DNA of 64,000 nucleotides, from contig NC_092674.1 of the NCBI RefSeq assembly GCF_964355755.1, positions 12,338,001 through 12,402,000 of the forward strand, read 5' to 3'. This document shows positions 52,110-64,000 of this stretch, piece by piece. A program made the position numbers and the translations under genes. The notes beneath the pieces are model-generated. The model was not told the origin of the DNA. It was given only the letters and a program-made list of their open reading frames with translations, and made no database searches. Source of the DNA: Antedon mediterranea (lineage: Eukaryota; Animalia; Echinodermata). How positions within the stretch are numbered: the stretch's first letter is position 1; each line of letters opens with the position of its first letter.

Positions 52110-54740
52110 TATTTAGGCCTGGCTGGGTAGGGTAGGCATATACCAATATTATAGGCCCTATTTTTATTTTAATACTAGGCCCTTGCTAGACCTGTGTTCT
52201 CTAGCAGCCTACTACAGAGAAGCAGCTTTCCGGCTTAGTTAGCCTGGCCTTGAGTAGGCTAGCCTACTAGCCTAATACTAATAGGTATTAGTAGGCTACC
52301 TAATTAAAATTAGGCCCAGGATCTACGCCTAGGCCTATATATTTTTAATATTATTTAATCATTATAATTAATTTTAGTTTTATTAAATTTACAGTATTCA
52401 TTACAAAAACTGTAAATTTAATATTATGAGGATTATATATACCCTATGTAACATGTATGCAATAGGGAATATTATAGGCCTATATGTATGTAATAATTAC
52501 AATATAAATAATGACAAGCATCATATTAACATTCGGTTTTGCTCATCACTGCATATTCAAATTAGTATGCAATCATATTAAATTTAATAAGTTAAGTTAA
52601 TTTTATAAAATTGTTATAATAATTATTAATGTTATACTAATACTATTGTAGATACATATATAGAGCAGTAACCTGAAGTGGCTAAGCAGATTTGGACCAT
52701 ACCTACCATCTATATAGGTAAGATTATTTTGCTGTTCAAGAAGTAGCAAATATTAAATTGTGTACCATGCTATTAATTTGTAATATTAACAATCAATCAC
52801 TACCACTGGCTGGGTAGGCTAGGCCTATATCATAGGCCCTATTTTTATTTTAATATACTAGCTAGACCTGTGCTCTCTATCACTAGCAGCAGCCTACAGA
52901 GAAGCAGCTTTCCAGCTTATTTAGCCTAGCCTAGAGCAATTAGGCTAGGTATAAGTAGGCTACCTAATTAGGCTAGGCTCTACGCCTATATAGGCCTATT
53001 ATTATTTAATTATTATTAATTTTTGTTTAATATATTTACAGTATTTATTTAAATAATGTTTCTTATGAGAATACCTGGTTATATATACCCTATGCAATGA
53101 CATAAGGCATATATGCCTACCCTGTATGTAATAATTACAATTATTATAAATATTGAATTTTAACATTCGTTTTTGCTCATCACTGCATATTCAAATTAGT
53201 ATGTATGCAACCATATTAAATTTAATATGCTAATTTTAAGTAATTCTTATAATAATGTTTTACTATTTTTTAGGTACATAGCGGCAACCCGAAGTGGCAA
53301 AAACATTTTAAACAGATTTGGACCAATACCTAGCAGCCTACCATCTATATACAGTAGGTAAGTTTATTTTATTGCTCAAGAACTAGTAAATTTTAAATTG
53401 TGTTTACCATGCTATTAATTTTCAATATTAACAATCAATCACTACCACTGGCTGGGTAGGCTAGGCCTATATTATAGGCCCTATTTTTATTTTAATATAC
53501 TAGCTAGACCTGTGCTCTCTAACACTAGCAGCCTACAGAGAAGCAGCTTTCCAGCTTATTTATTTATTTATTTGCCTAGAGCAATAGGCTAGGTATAAGT
53601 AGACTACCTAATTAGGTCTAGGCTCTACGCCTATATATTATTATTTAATTATTATTATTTTTAGTTTTAATATATTTACAGTATTTTATTTAAATAATGT
53701 TTATTATGAGAATACCTGGTTATATATACCCTATGCAATGACATAAGGCATATATGCCTACCCTGTATGTAATAATTACAATTACAATATTATAAATAAT
53801 GAATTTAAACATTCGTTTTTGCTTATCACTGCATATTCAAATTAGTATGTATGCAACCATATTAAATTTAATAAGCTAATTTTAATTAATTCTTATAGTA
53901 ATGTTTTACTATTTTTTAGGTACATAGCGGCAACCCGAAGTGGAAAAATCATTTTAAACAGATTTTGACCAATACCTATACCTATACCTACCATCTATAT
54001 TATAGGTAAGTTTATTTTACTGTTCAAGAACTAGTAAATTTTAAATTGTGTTTACCATGCTATTAATTTTCAATATTAACAACCAATCACTACCACTGGC
54101 TGGGTAGGCTAGGCCTATATTATAGGCCCTATTTTTATTTTAATATACTAGCTAGACCTGTGCTCTCTTGCACTAGCAGCCTACAGAGAAGCAGCTTTCC
54201 AGCTTATTTAGCCTAGCCTAGAGCAATAGGCTAGGTATTAGTAGGCTACCTAATTAGGCCTAGAGGCTCTATGCCTATATATTATTATTTAATTATTATT
54301 AATTTTTATTTTTAATATATTTACAGTATTTATTACAAATAATGTTTATTATGAGGATACCTGGTTATATATACCCTATGCAATGACATAAGGCATATAT
54401 GCCTACCCTGTATGTAATAATTACAATTATTATAAATAATGAATTTTAACATTTGTTTTTGCTCATCACTGCATATTCAAATTAGTATGTATGCAACCAT
54501 AGTAAATTTAATAAGTTAATTTTAATTAATTCTTATTATAATGTTATACTATTACTATTACTATTTTTTAGGTACATATATAGCGGCAACCCAAAATGGC
54601 TAAAACATTTTAAACAGATTTGGACCAATACCTATACCTACCATCTATATAGGTAAGTTTATTTTACTGTTCAAGAACTAGTAAATTTTAAATTGTGTTT
54701 ACCATGCTATGAATTTGTAACTTTAACAATCAATCACTAA
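52110..54740. repeat. Four tandem ~650-bp units inside the Chapaev-like element
   Basis: ctggctgggtagg at ~52118, 52807, 53448 and 54096. Confidence 0.9.
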
Positions 54741-55039
54741 CACATGTACAGTACAGCAGTAGTACTATCAATCAATAGTAATTAGTTAGTAACTGAAATA
54801 TAGACATACTATAGTATTACTTTTACATATTCATTATCATTAGGCATTGTTAAAAGGAAATCAATACAATGCAATATTCCTTTAACATTTAAAAATGTAC
54901 AATATTTTATGATCATTAATGTTAATGAATCATTCTTTGTTGGCTTTCTTGCATTTGTTGGGTTTTATTATTTCATTTTGTATCATTGGAGATGTGAAAA
55001 TCAGATGAGTCTAAGTTTGACTCTAATCCACACTGCTGT

Positions 55040-55195
55040 TTTGTGACGGTTGAGTTTGGCATGTATTAGCCTTGCTCAGAGACCCCCTTCCATTCTCTCA
55101 TGAATGCAATAGCATGGTGCTCAAGCATATGTAGCTTAGGCTGTATTACACCTGGTGCAATATGCCTGTATTCTGCTAAAAATACTTGTATGATA
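55040..55195 (-). pseudogene. Transposase C-terminal relic (Chapaev/Transib/RAG1-type HxxxxH...SEQG motif)
   Basis: IQVFLAEYRHIAPGVIQPKLHMLEHHAIAFMREWKGVSEQG/IHAKLNR. Confidence 0.62.
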
Positions 55196-56680
55196 TTTTT
55201 ATGGAATTAAAAAATACTTAATTTACACATTAATACATTTTATAATTTCAGAAATTTTGTGATGAAAAAGTCAATCTGTGGTGACTGTAGAATGGACCCA
55301 AGATCTGACTATCTTAGACATTTAAATAATAGAAAGTTCTGACAATTTTGTTGAATAGAAATATACAATGTATGATGTAATCTTAATTGAAAATTGGCGC
55401 TTTTTAAACTATGTATATAAATTAGGATGAGAAAACAGTTATTTGATTATGAGGTATGTTCATTTAATTAAATTTGTTAGTATAAACTTTAAAAAAGAGT
55501 GAAGATATAAAGAAGAAAAGCAGATTATGGAGCAGCTGTACCAGACAAAAAACTGTTCCCTTAAACGCCAGTGTGTTCTTTCACTTGTGAATGTAGTTTT
55601 GGCCCAGGTCATAGTTGTTGTTGAAGTGTAGCATGCCAAGCAATTTGGTCCATGCCCTGTTAATTTAAATGTTAGCGTGGTAGTATACAGTATCCATTGA
55701 AAATTCGCGAATGGCAGGTTGTATAAATGTATATAGGTTGTAATTTTACATTTGTTAGATTTAGTGCAAATTTGTGATGGTTTTCATATTTTTTAAGTTG
55801 TATTTGTTATCCTTTTCTTTAAATTTTGTTCAACAACAGAAGCAAGTAGAACGTAAAGCCTTTTCGTGAAACTGTGTTGCCAACAAAAAAGAAAAGAAAT
55901 TTTAATTTTACCAACCTTTAATGTTATATTATATTTATCATACAGTAGTTTGAGTATTTTTGTATAGGCTTTAATTTTAAGGGCCTAGCTAGGCCTGGTA
56001 GTTAGTAGTTTTACTAAATTTTTACATTTATGATGAATTATATTCAGTTGAAATAAATACAATGATAATAATTAAGCTTATTATTTATTCTATTGTAAAT
56101 TAAAATGATGTATAGTATGATTACACTACTTATACGTACCAACTAGGCCTAGCTACAACCTAGGCCTAGTTGCGTACAGCCTAGCGAGCGGTTATCAGCC
56201 GCGTTCATCGACCTCTCGCCAAATACGCTGTTTCGCATTTAACAAAACAGTCGAGTTTTTAAATGAAAATTTCTTGAGATTTTCACCGTCACCTCCTAAC
56301 AATTCAATGTCTCATGTAATCATATATAATCAAACTTTTACCTAGATTTTCCAAGTATTTATGAAAATTACGAATAAAAACAAAAAGTGTACAATTTGAC
56401 AAGCATTTTTTCAAACTTTCCATTGTTTACATTTGCTAGGCCGATCGATGTTAATTTTTAAAACTTCCGGGTGTAAATAATTTCGTAAACTTGTTGTTAT
56501 GCTTAATTACTTACTATTTCCAAAAAATCGGTAATTAAGAATCTTATTTTCTAACAAATAGTATAAAAATGGTTTTATAATATTTATGACGAAATTGATT
56601 AAATTAATTTAAAGTGTAGTTATAAAAGTTGCAAATGTCGCGAAAGTTGAACGAGATTCAACCACTCGCGCGGCGTCACG

Positions 56681-57589
56681 TAGACTTGCCCCAAGTCTGT
56701 ATTGTTTTTTTTTAAATTGATTTGTTTTTATTTCGACCGCGATTTTTGTCTGAAAATACAGACTTGTGAAACACGTATAGAAATCGATTTGCAGACCGCA
56801 AACATCCGATAAGAATGACGTAGGTTATCATACCGTATTTGGCTATATGGGGCGGGCGGTATGTAAATATGGATTTCGAATCAACCAATGATCATTTTGT
56901 TTCAAAATGAAAAAGATCGAGTAGGCCAACGTACAGTGCTGAATGTACGATCGAGACTGTTAAAATATGAAATCGTGTTGCCAAGTTGTTTTGTTTATTA
57001 ATTGTTTAGTCCTTAGCCTAGGCCTCCTTCGTAGGTCCTACTCAACTCGCACGTGTGACCTGCCAAATAAAACGCCAATAAGGCCTACATAATACCACCA
57101 CCGGCACACAACAGGATTCACACACAACAGGGCTACACCACTACACAGAACAGGACAGGTCTGGGTGGGAATTAAATCAAATTATCTCCGCGTAATATTA
57201 AATCAGGGAGATGTAAATTACATCTCCCTGATTAAATGATCCATATAAAATCCTTTCTAGCCTTCAGAAACTTTCATCAATGTACCCAAAGTACACATTG
57301 TCTAAACGTAACATAGCGCATGCGTACCATCTTAGTTGTTGAGTCTTTGAAATTCTGAAATATGAATATTAAAACAGTGTACGAGTGAGTAGCCAATCGC
57401 ATGCAGCTGAAACTAGTCAACCGGATAATCTATGCACCAAGAATTCTTGGTGTCAAACCACGTGACTTTTGCGTGTTTCCCCAGACGGAGTATCCAAACT
57501 CAAGTAATACACGTATGAAACGCCATATGTGCAAAAATATTTATATTTTTACTAATATTAAGAAAAAACTCCGTCTGGAGCCCAGACTA
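56681..57589 (+). mobile_element. AcademH-like MITE, stand-alone 909-bp copy
   Basis: TAGACTTGCC...CCCAGACTA. 9-bp TSD ggcgtcacg. Confidence 0.92.
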
Positions 57590-60332
57590 GGCGTCACGCT
57601 CAGGCACATATCGCCGTCTGACAATATTGAGGGCGCTTGACTTTTTCTATTTATTTTACATTGGTTGAAACAGCTGTGAACTCTCACTGTCATAGTCGAT
57701 TGAAATAGTAAAGTACATGTAACGATACACCACTACGACGTTTATATATTTTTAAATTATTAATTAATACAAACGTTGAGAAGCAATATTTGTATATTAT
57801 ATGTTTATAATCTAACAGTAGGGCCTACCCACACTCACAGTAATAAAGTTTATTTTTATATATTTTTATATTACATCTAACAGTACCAACACTCACAGTA
57901 AGAAATTTGCGATTCAAATTGCGATCAAAAGTGGTTAATACCTTAACAGTATTGTACAGCATTGCAATACTATTTATGTTTATTCTCCAAGGGGGCCCAT
58001 AAATCTAAATCTAAATCTATACCTCATGGTTAAACCAAATAATTTGGAATGTTTATTTGTATATTATATGTTTATAATCTAACAGTAGGGCCTACCCACA
58101 CTCACAGTAATAAAGTTTATTTGTATATATTTTTATATTACATCTAACAGTACCAACACTCACAGTAAGAAATTTGCGATTCAAATTGCGATCAAAAGTG
58201 GTTAATACCTTAACAGTATTGTACAGCATTGCAATACTATTTATGTTTATTCTCCAAGGGGGCCCATAAATCTAAATCTATACCTGTATGGTTAAACCAA
58301 ATAATTTGGAATGTTCCATTCATCACAAATCAATACATTTGTAAAAACGTATATTAAATGTATCAAAATAGTATTTTTTAAAGAAAATCGGCCTGTCTTC
58401 AACATTATGATGCTGTACTCGAACTGTTCAACCGGTTTTCAGCTATTAAAAACAATTATCGTAGGAGGAGATAGGAAAATGCGAAGCCTCCTCGCATTTT
58501 TGTGGCGGGTATTTTTCAAGATGGACATCCATTAGACAGTGTATACCACGATCGGAAAACACCCCTATTTGGGGCAAATCGTTGAACCTAAATTCGATTT
58601 AATCGTCAATAACTAATTATCTAACTTAATTTAATTAGTAAACAGGGTTACATCAGGTGGTTAAAATCAGTACCGAAAGTACGAACCAACTTTATATACC
58701 ATCGAGTAAAAATTCTAGAAGTAAGGCGCGATTTACCGAATTTTGCCCTTACGTAAATTTATATATAGATACAGCTTCCATTTGCCTTACTTTTATGTCA
58801 TCATATAATATTATAAATTATATATACAAACAGACATTAACATTTTTTTTAAATAATATTTATTATTTTTTCTGACACTTTCAGGAATCGTTGATGATGC
58901 AGAGTTCTTTGTCTTTGTGACTTCAAACTGAGAGTGAAGTGGATAAAAAGATGATACCGGTACCTACCGACATTGTCATACCCAAACTATAATTTAATTA
59001 TTTAAAACAAAATGTTGAATTACAAATATATGTTGTAGATGATTTAGATGAATTACAATACAAATATTTATGTTGAATGCAAACCTACTACACTATACTA
59101 TGTAAATTATGTTATTGTCATGTGGTAGACCTTAAAAATTGAATATTTATTGTATGTTAGGCCTATTTTATATTTTATTAATACTGTATTAGTTTAATAT
59201 TACTATTAATTTATATTATACAGTACTAGGCCTAGTTTGTACATGTTTTTACCCCCAAAAAAATGAATAAATAATTTGTTATTCAATCTAATTGCTTGTT
59301 TGTTCATCAATAACAAAACAATTGTAAGCAAGTATGTAACAGTTCTTGTTAGCCGCTTATTTCAGGTCATATTATTAATATTAGCTAAGCCCGACGCGCC
59401 CGATCACAACGTCACTAGGTGACTTTCCGCCCCTGGAACAATCGCTCGCTAATAGGGCTAGGCCTCGGACTCGTATAAAAGCTATTATAATAGTTATGAT
59501 AAATATTCCTCAACTAAAATGTATACTGTGATAAATAAACAAGTAATAATATACGTTGTATTGGAATGTATTTATTTATATGAATTCTTATACGCGGAAA
59601 ATTATAAACATCGCGTATATCGTTCGCTATAAATACATTCATAAACACGATGACGATGTGTTTACAATGGCGGTTTCGCTAGTTTTCGATGGAACAAATA
59701 GTGGTACCTTTAGTTTGAATAGTCGGAGCTGCATCCCAACCACCGAATTTTGTATCTTAATATCGTATTCTGTAGATTATTCATTTTTCTAACAGGGATT
59801 TTAAATTCAGGACTGTTCAATTTTTCTAAATATTTTATTTTAATGATTTTCTAGGGTACAATTTCGGAAAAAAGACATTGGTTGATTTTGCCGTTAAATT
59901 ACAGATTATCGTTTTGTTCAAATATATTTAATTTTACATGACAATATATTAAAACCATTTATGAATTTATTTCACTAACAACATTTTTCCGATAATCAAC
60001 TAAATTTACAAATATTGTGTTTTTCCAACACCCTAAAATTTAGCCATTTTGAACTAAATTAGAAAAGTAGGGCGCCCTCTCCGAGTCGAAATTTGACACG
60101 ATTTGTCGACTGGCTGTCCCACTGGTAACCAAAGTGTAATGTAGTGCTAGATAACAAACAAGCCAACACCTACATTGTTTCTACCCCATACTCTGACAAT
60201 GCTACAGTCAATGATTGGTGGCCATTTTCATGGATGGCTAATGTTTGATGACCGTTTTTTTTAATACTACATTTTTATTTATTACAATCATCATTCTCAA
60301 TTTAGACTTGTTTTTGCATTTCAAATACTTAC

Positions 60333-60477
60333 AATTCACTTTCACTGGATCAATATCATTTGACTCTTGTGATAGTAATACTGTTGCCTTTAGGACTTTT
60401 GCTGATGATTGTGTTTTTCTTTTTAAAAGAAATGTCTTGTAAGGTTCTGTACGCCATAGGTCTTTAGCCTTGACAGT
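60333..60477 (-). CDS. Candidate coding exon (phase 0 to 1), domain unrecognised
   Basis: TTCTTTTTTGTAG acceptor, GTAAGT donor, only one open frame: TVKAKDLWRTEPYKTFLLKRKTQSSAKVLKATVLLSQESNDIDPVKVN. Phase-compatible with the 48979 or 48503 acceptors. Confidence 0.55.
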
Positions 60478-60709
60478 CTACAAAAAAGAAGACATACTTA
60501 GATACACAGTACAGCTCTAAGGCACTATAGTAACATTGATTGCTGTGATGAATAAATATTATACAATTGTTTATATATATTTTTTTCTAAATATTTTTTT
60601 TATACTGGTAATGCCTTCATTCAAGTTTTTCTCCCAATGAGAAATATATAAATGGCTATATAGGCTAGTCCATCTAGCATTTTGAGTGAAACAAATTGCA
60701 AACAGAGAT

Positions 60710-61660
60710 TGTCTCGAAAGTATGTAAATTAGTAGTACAAGTTAAATAAAATATGCAAATAATGGAGAAAAAATACAGTTGTCTTATATCTCGAAAAATA
60801 CTAATGCTAGGGAGTTGATTTTTTTCACAGCTGTATTAAGAATGTACATATTTATATTTGCTCCAATAAAACATTTTAAAATTTAGTAAATTTCAAACTC
60901 ACACATGTATCACTCACCACCAAAGTACAGTATTCAAATTCTTAGTACAAGTTACATGAAATATACAAATTAGGGGGTGAAATTACAGGTTCCTATATAT
61001 CGAAAACCACTAAGGCTAGAGAGTTGATTTTTAAAAAAAAATGTTCAGAATGTACATATTTATATTTTCTCTAATGAAACATTTTACGAAAAAATGACTG
61101 GAAATACATAAATTGACCCTCGACCCCATTTATCAATGTTTGCATATATAATGCGACTAACATGTCTGTAGAGACTTTATTTTAGACTCAAATGACTCGG
61201 ATACCGGTTTCTTATAATCTGCATAGGACCGCTTTGTAATTTCCAAAATCACATATTTGTTACACACCTCGAAAGTATGCAAAGTAGTAGTACAAATTAC
61301 ATGAAATATGCAAATAAGAGAGTAATATTATAGTCTTCCCATATCTCGAAAACCATTAATGATAGAGAGTTGTTTTTTTCAAGGCCTTATTCAGAATGTA
61401 CATATTTATATTCGCTCTAATGAAACATTTTACAAAACAATTATCAAAAGTATGACATTTGACCCTCGACCCTATTTCTCAATATTTGCATATAATGTAA
61501 CTAAAATGTCTGTACAGACTTTGTTTTGGCCTCAAATGACTCATATACAGGTTTTCTATAGCTAGCATAGAACTGTTTACTAATTCTCAAAATCACACCT
61601 TTTCACTTCCCTTGAAAGTATGCAAATTAGTAGTACAACAGGTGAAAGTTGCCATATCTC
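60710..61660. repeat. Diverged tandem repeats from a non-autonomous TE interior
   Basis: Recurring gaaagtatgcaaattagtagtacaa and atatctcgaaaacc...gagagttgattttt. Confidence 0.6.
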
Positions 61661-61664
61661 TATC

Positions 61665-63310
61665 GGTCATTATATTAGCTGGAGATATGAATGCAAAAAC
61701 GGGGGACAGCCATCATGAATACCCACAATGTGTAGGAAGATATGGTAAAGGAAAAACGAACAATAATGAAACACAGCTAGTCGAATGTGCACTAAGAAAT
61801 AATCTAGTACTAACAAATACCATGTTTAAACATAAGATGTCACATAGGACTACGTGGGAATGCCCGCAGAGACGCGATCAGCATAACGATCAGAAGAGTG
61901 GAGAGATCAGACGCAACCCCTACAGAAACCAGATCGATTACATTCTAGTTAAGAATTCACACATGAAGCTAGTCACTAACGCAAGAGCATACAGTGGTAC
62001 GAGAACATACACTGATCATAGATTAGTCAAGACAACCTTAACACTACAATGGTATAAATGAAATAGTTACGCTAAGAAAACCAAACAAATAGATGTGTCA
62101 AAACTTCAAGCACAACAAAACAGACAAACATATCAAAGAGAGATGTATACAATCGGTAAACATCCAGGACCTGGAACCACAAGAGGAATGGACCAAATTA
62201 ACGACAGTCTTTCAGAATGTAGCATTGGAAGTGGTTGGCCACCGGAAAGCAAAGTCTAAATCAAACAATAAATATATACAAGAGTTATCGAAGAAGCAGA
62301 AACAGTTGAGGTGCGACATAAATTCATCAAATGACAAATCAAAGAAAACAAAACGAAAGAAAGAAATCAAATCATAAAGAATATTCATACTGAACTTAAT
62401 AAAGAAAAAGAAGACACACTAAAAGAAAAGATAGCTGAAATTGAAAAATTCAAAGATGACTCAACAAGAATGTACCAAGCAGTAAAAAACCTAAAACTTA
62501 ACGAAAATAAAAGACTTGTGGTAGAAACAGAGTTCGGTATAACAACAAACGAAGAAGAGCAGGTAGAAATAATTAGCAATTTCTTTGAAAACGTCTATCA
62601 CAAATCACAAGAAAAACCTATAAACGAAAACATTAAACCTATTGAAATGAAGTCTCCCTTTACAAGTGATGAAGTTGCCAAAGCAGCGAAATGCTTAAAA
62701 AATAATAAAAGCCCAGGAAGTGACCAAGTATACTCTGAAATGGTAAAATATGCACCTATAGAAGTTTTTAACCATATAGCAGAAATATATAACCAAAAAG
62801 CTAAAACAGGAAACATACCTAAAGAAATCAACGAAGGCATATTGCATCCAATACCGAAACCAGGCAAGAAAAAAGCTCCACCAAAAAACATCCGACCCAT
62901 CATCCTTCTGTCGGTTCTTAGGAAAATGCTAGCAATATGCTTACTAAATAGGATAAACGGCAGATTAGATGAACATTTCACAGGCCGCGTATCGCAGAGG
63001 ACGAGGCACTACCGAACATGTACATACATGCAAAATGTTAGCAGAAAAGGCAATTGCGTCATCTAACTACGAAATAATATTACTACTACTTGACATGACC
63101 AGTGCATTTGACACTGTGCGGAGGAATACTCTATTCGACATACTGACACATATATTACAAGATGATGAACTACACATGTTGAAAGTTTTGATAAACAATG
63201 TAAAATTAAGCGTTCGAATTGGAAAACAGACAGGAAAATTGTTTACTACTACACTAGGAGTACCACAAGGTGACTGTGTGTCTCCGATACTGTTCACACT
63301 ATACCTAAGG
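61665..63310 (+). mobile_element. RTE-clade LINE fragment (AP endonuclease + RT, frameshifted)
   Basis: ILAGDMNAKTG, LTNTMFKHK..HRTTW, NQIDYILV, TDHRLV, KSPGSD, NIRPIILL, LLDMTSAFD, GVPQGDCVSP. Confidence 0.9.
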
Positions 63311-63376
63311 CACTCGAATAAGCAAACACAACACCACTGCCCCTACAACAGCTTAATATCCAGATGCAGTATGCAG

Positions 63377-63915
63377 ATTTATTTATTTATTTATTTGTTC
63401 TTTCTTTAAACTGAAATACACTTTCAATACAAATGTACTGATTTCCAAAGTGGTTCAGTAAACATATTTACAACAAAAATAAAATATAAAAGAAAAACAA
63501 AAAGAAAGAAAACAGATATAAAACTATTTACAATTGTGAAGGCAAAAAGGTTAATACATATATGATTTCTATAGTGAAGATTTAAAAGTTGCCAAAGACA
63601 TATTATGGAGTTCTGATTTTATGTTATTTGGTAGAGAATTCCATAATTTAGTTGATCTATAAACAAAAGTTCTTTTACCCTGAGAGTTATTCCATAACGG
63701 AATAGATAAATCATTATTACTTTGGGAGCGAGTGCATTTATTATGGTTATCTACAGTAAATTGAAATAATATTGTTAAGTATCTTGGAGCTATTTCTTTT
63801 AAACATTTAAATAGCATTATAAGAATATTTCCATTCCATTTTTCTGTAAGTCTACTCCATCCAAGAGTATTTAAGATATCATTAATAGGAGTATACATGT
63901 CTACTGATGACATTT
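63377..63915 (-). mobile_element. CR1/L2-type LINE 3' fragment with (TAAA)n tail
   Basis: LGW..L...MLFKCL...AP.YL...TRS...KRTFVYR..KLWNSLP...FK; tail at ~63377-63395. Confidence 0.78.
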
Positions 63916-64000
63916 CATTTATTAGCGACTCAAAAAGAACACATAACTTAAATAAAGAAAAAAGTAACAGAGAAATTAGCAGAATTCAATCTAAAGATAA

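Larger units (their letters stand above)
51523..57678. mobile_element. Chapaev-like DNA transposon inserted in the Helitron
   Basis: TIRs CACAGCTGTTTCAA / TTGAAACAGCTGTG with further subterminal inverted similarity. 4-bp TSD aact. The empty site is visible in the related copy at ~12830. Confidence 0.8.
51068..58769 (-). mobile_element. Non-autonomous Helitron (second family)
   Basis: Minus-strand 5' A|TCTATATATAAATTTACG at 58769 and 3' ...gcgagcgaagcgagcgtgccatCTAG|T at 51068. Related copy at 12750-13559. Internal ~265-bp duplication at 57790-58310. Confidence 0.8.
49837..60124. mobile_element. Unclassified TIR DNA transposon (~2.6 kb net), outer layer of a four-level nest
   Basis: TIRs cagtgggaaagcca / tggctgtcccactg. 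4-bp TSD gtaa. Confidence 0.62.

Overview
AT-rich, intron-containing animal DNA, probably a marine invertebrate (the TE content and DED-like exons suggest an echinoderm such as a crinoid; this is inference). The minus strand carries spliced exons missed by the ORF track: an ankyrin-repeat/Death-domain gene (exons 13781-13879, 8491-8607, 2512-2602, 223-477, all phase-compatible). Upstream of these lie an intact tandem DED-like exon (47955-48503), a second DED-like exon broken by TE insertions (41921-46474), and two further candidate exons. Much of the rest is transposon-derived and deeply nested, with target-site duplications (TSDs) still readable. It includes a near-intact 9.4-kb Helitron (RepHel with one 2-bp frameshift plus an orphan accessory ORF), two foldback/palindromic Academ elements, a self-nested stack of AcademH-like MITEs, a four-level DNA-transposon/Helitron/Chapaev-like/MITE nest, a solo LTR, hAT elements, several LINE fragments, and a Penelope fragment with a type I hammerhead ribozyme. 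Coordinates were read by eye, may be off by a few bases, and no database searches were run.
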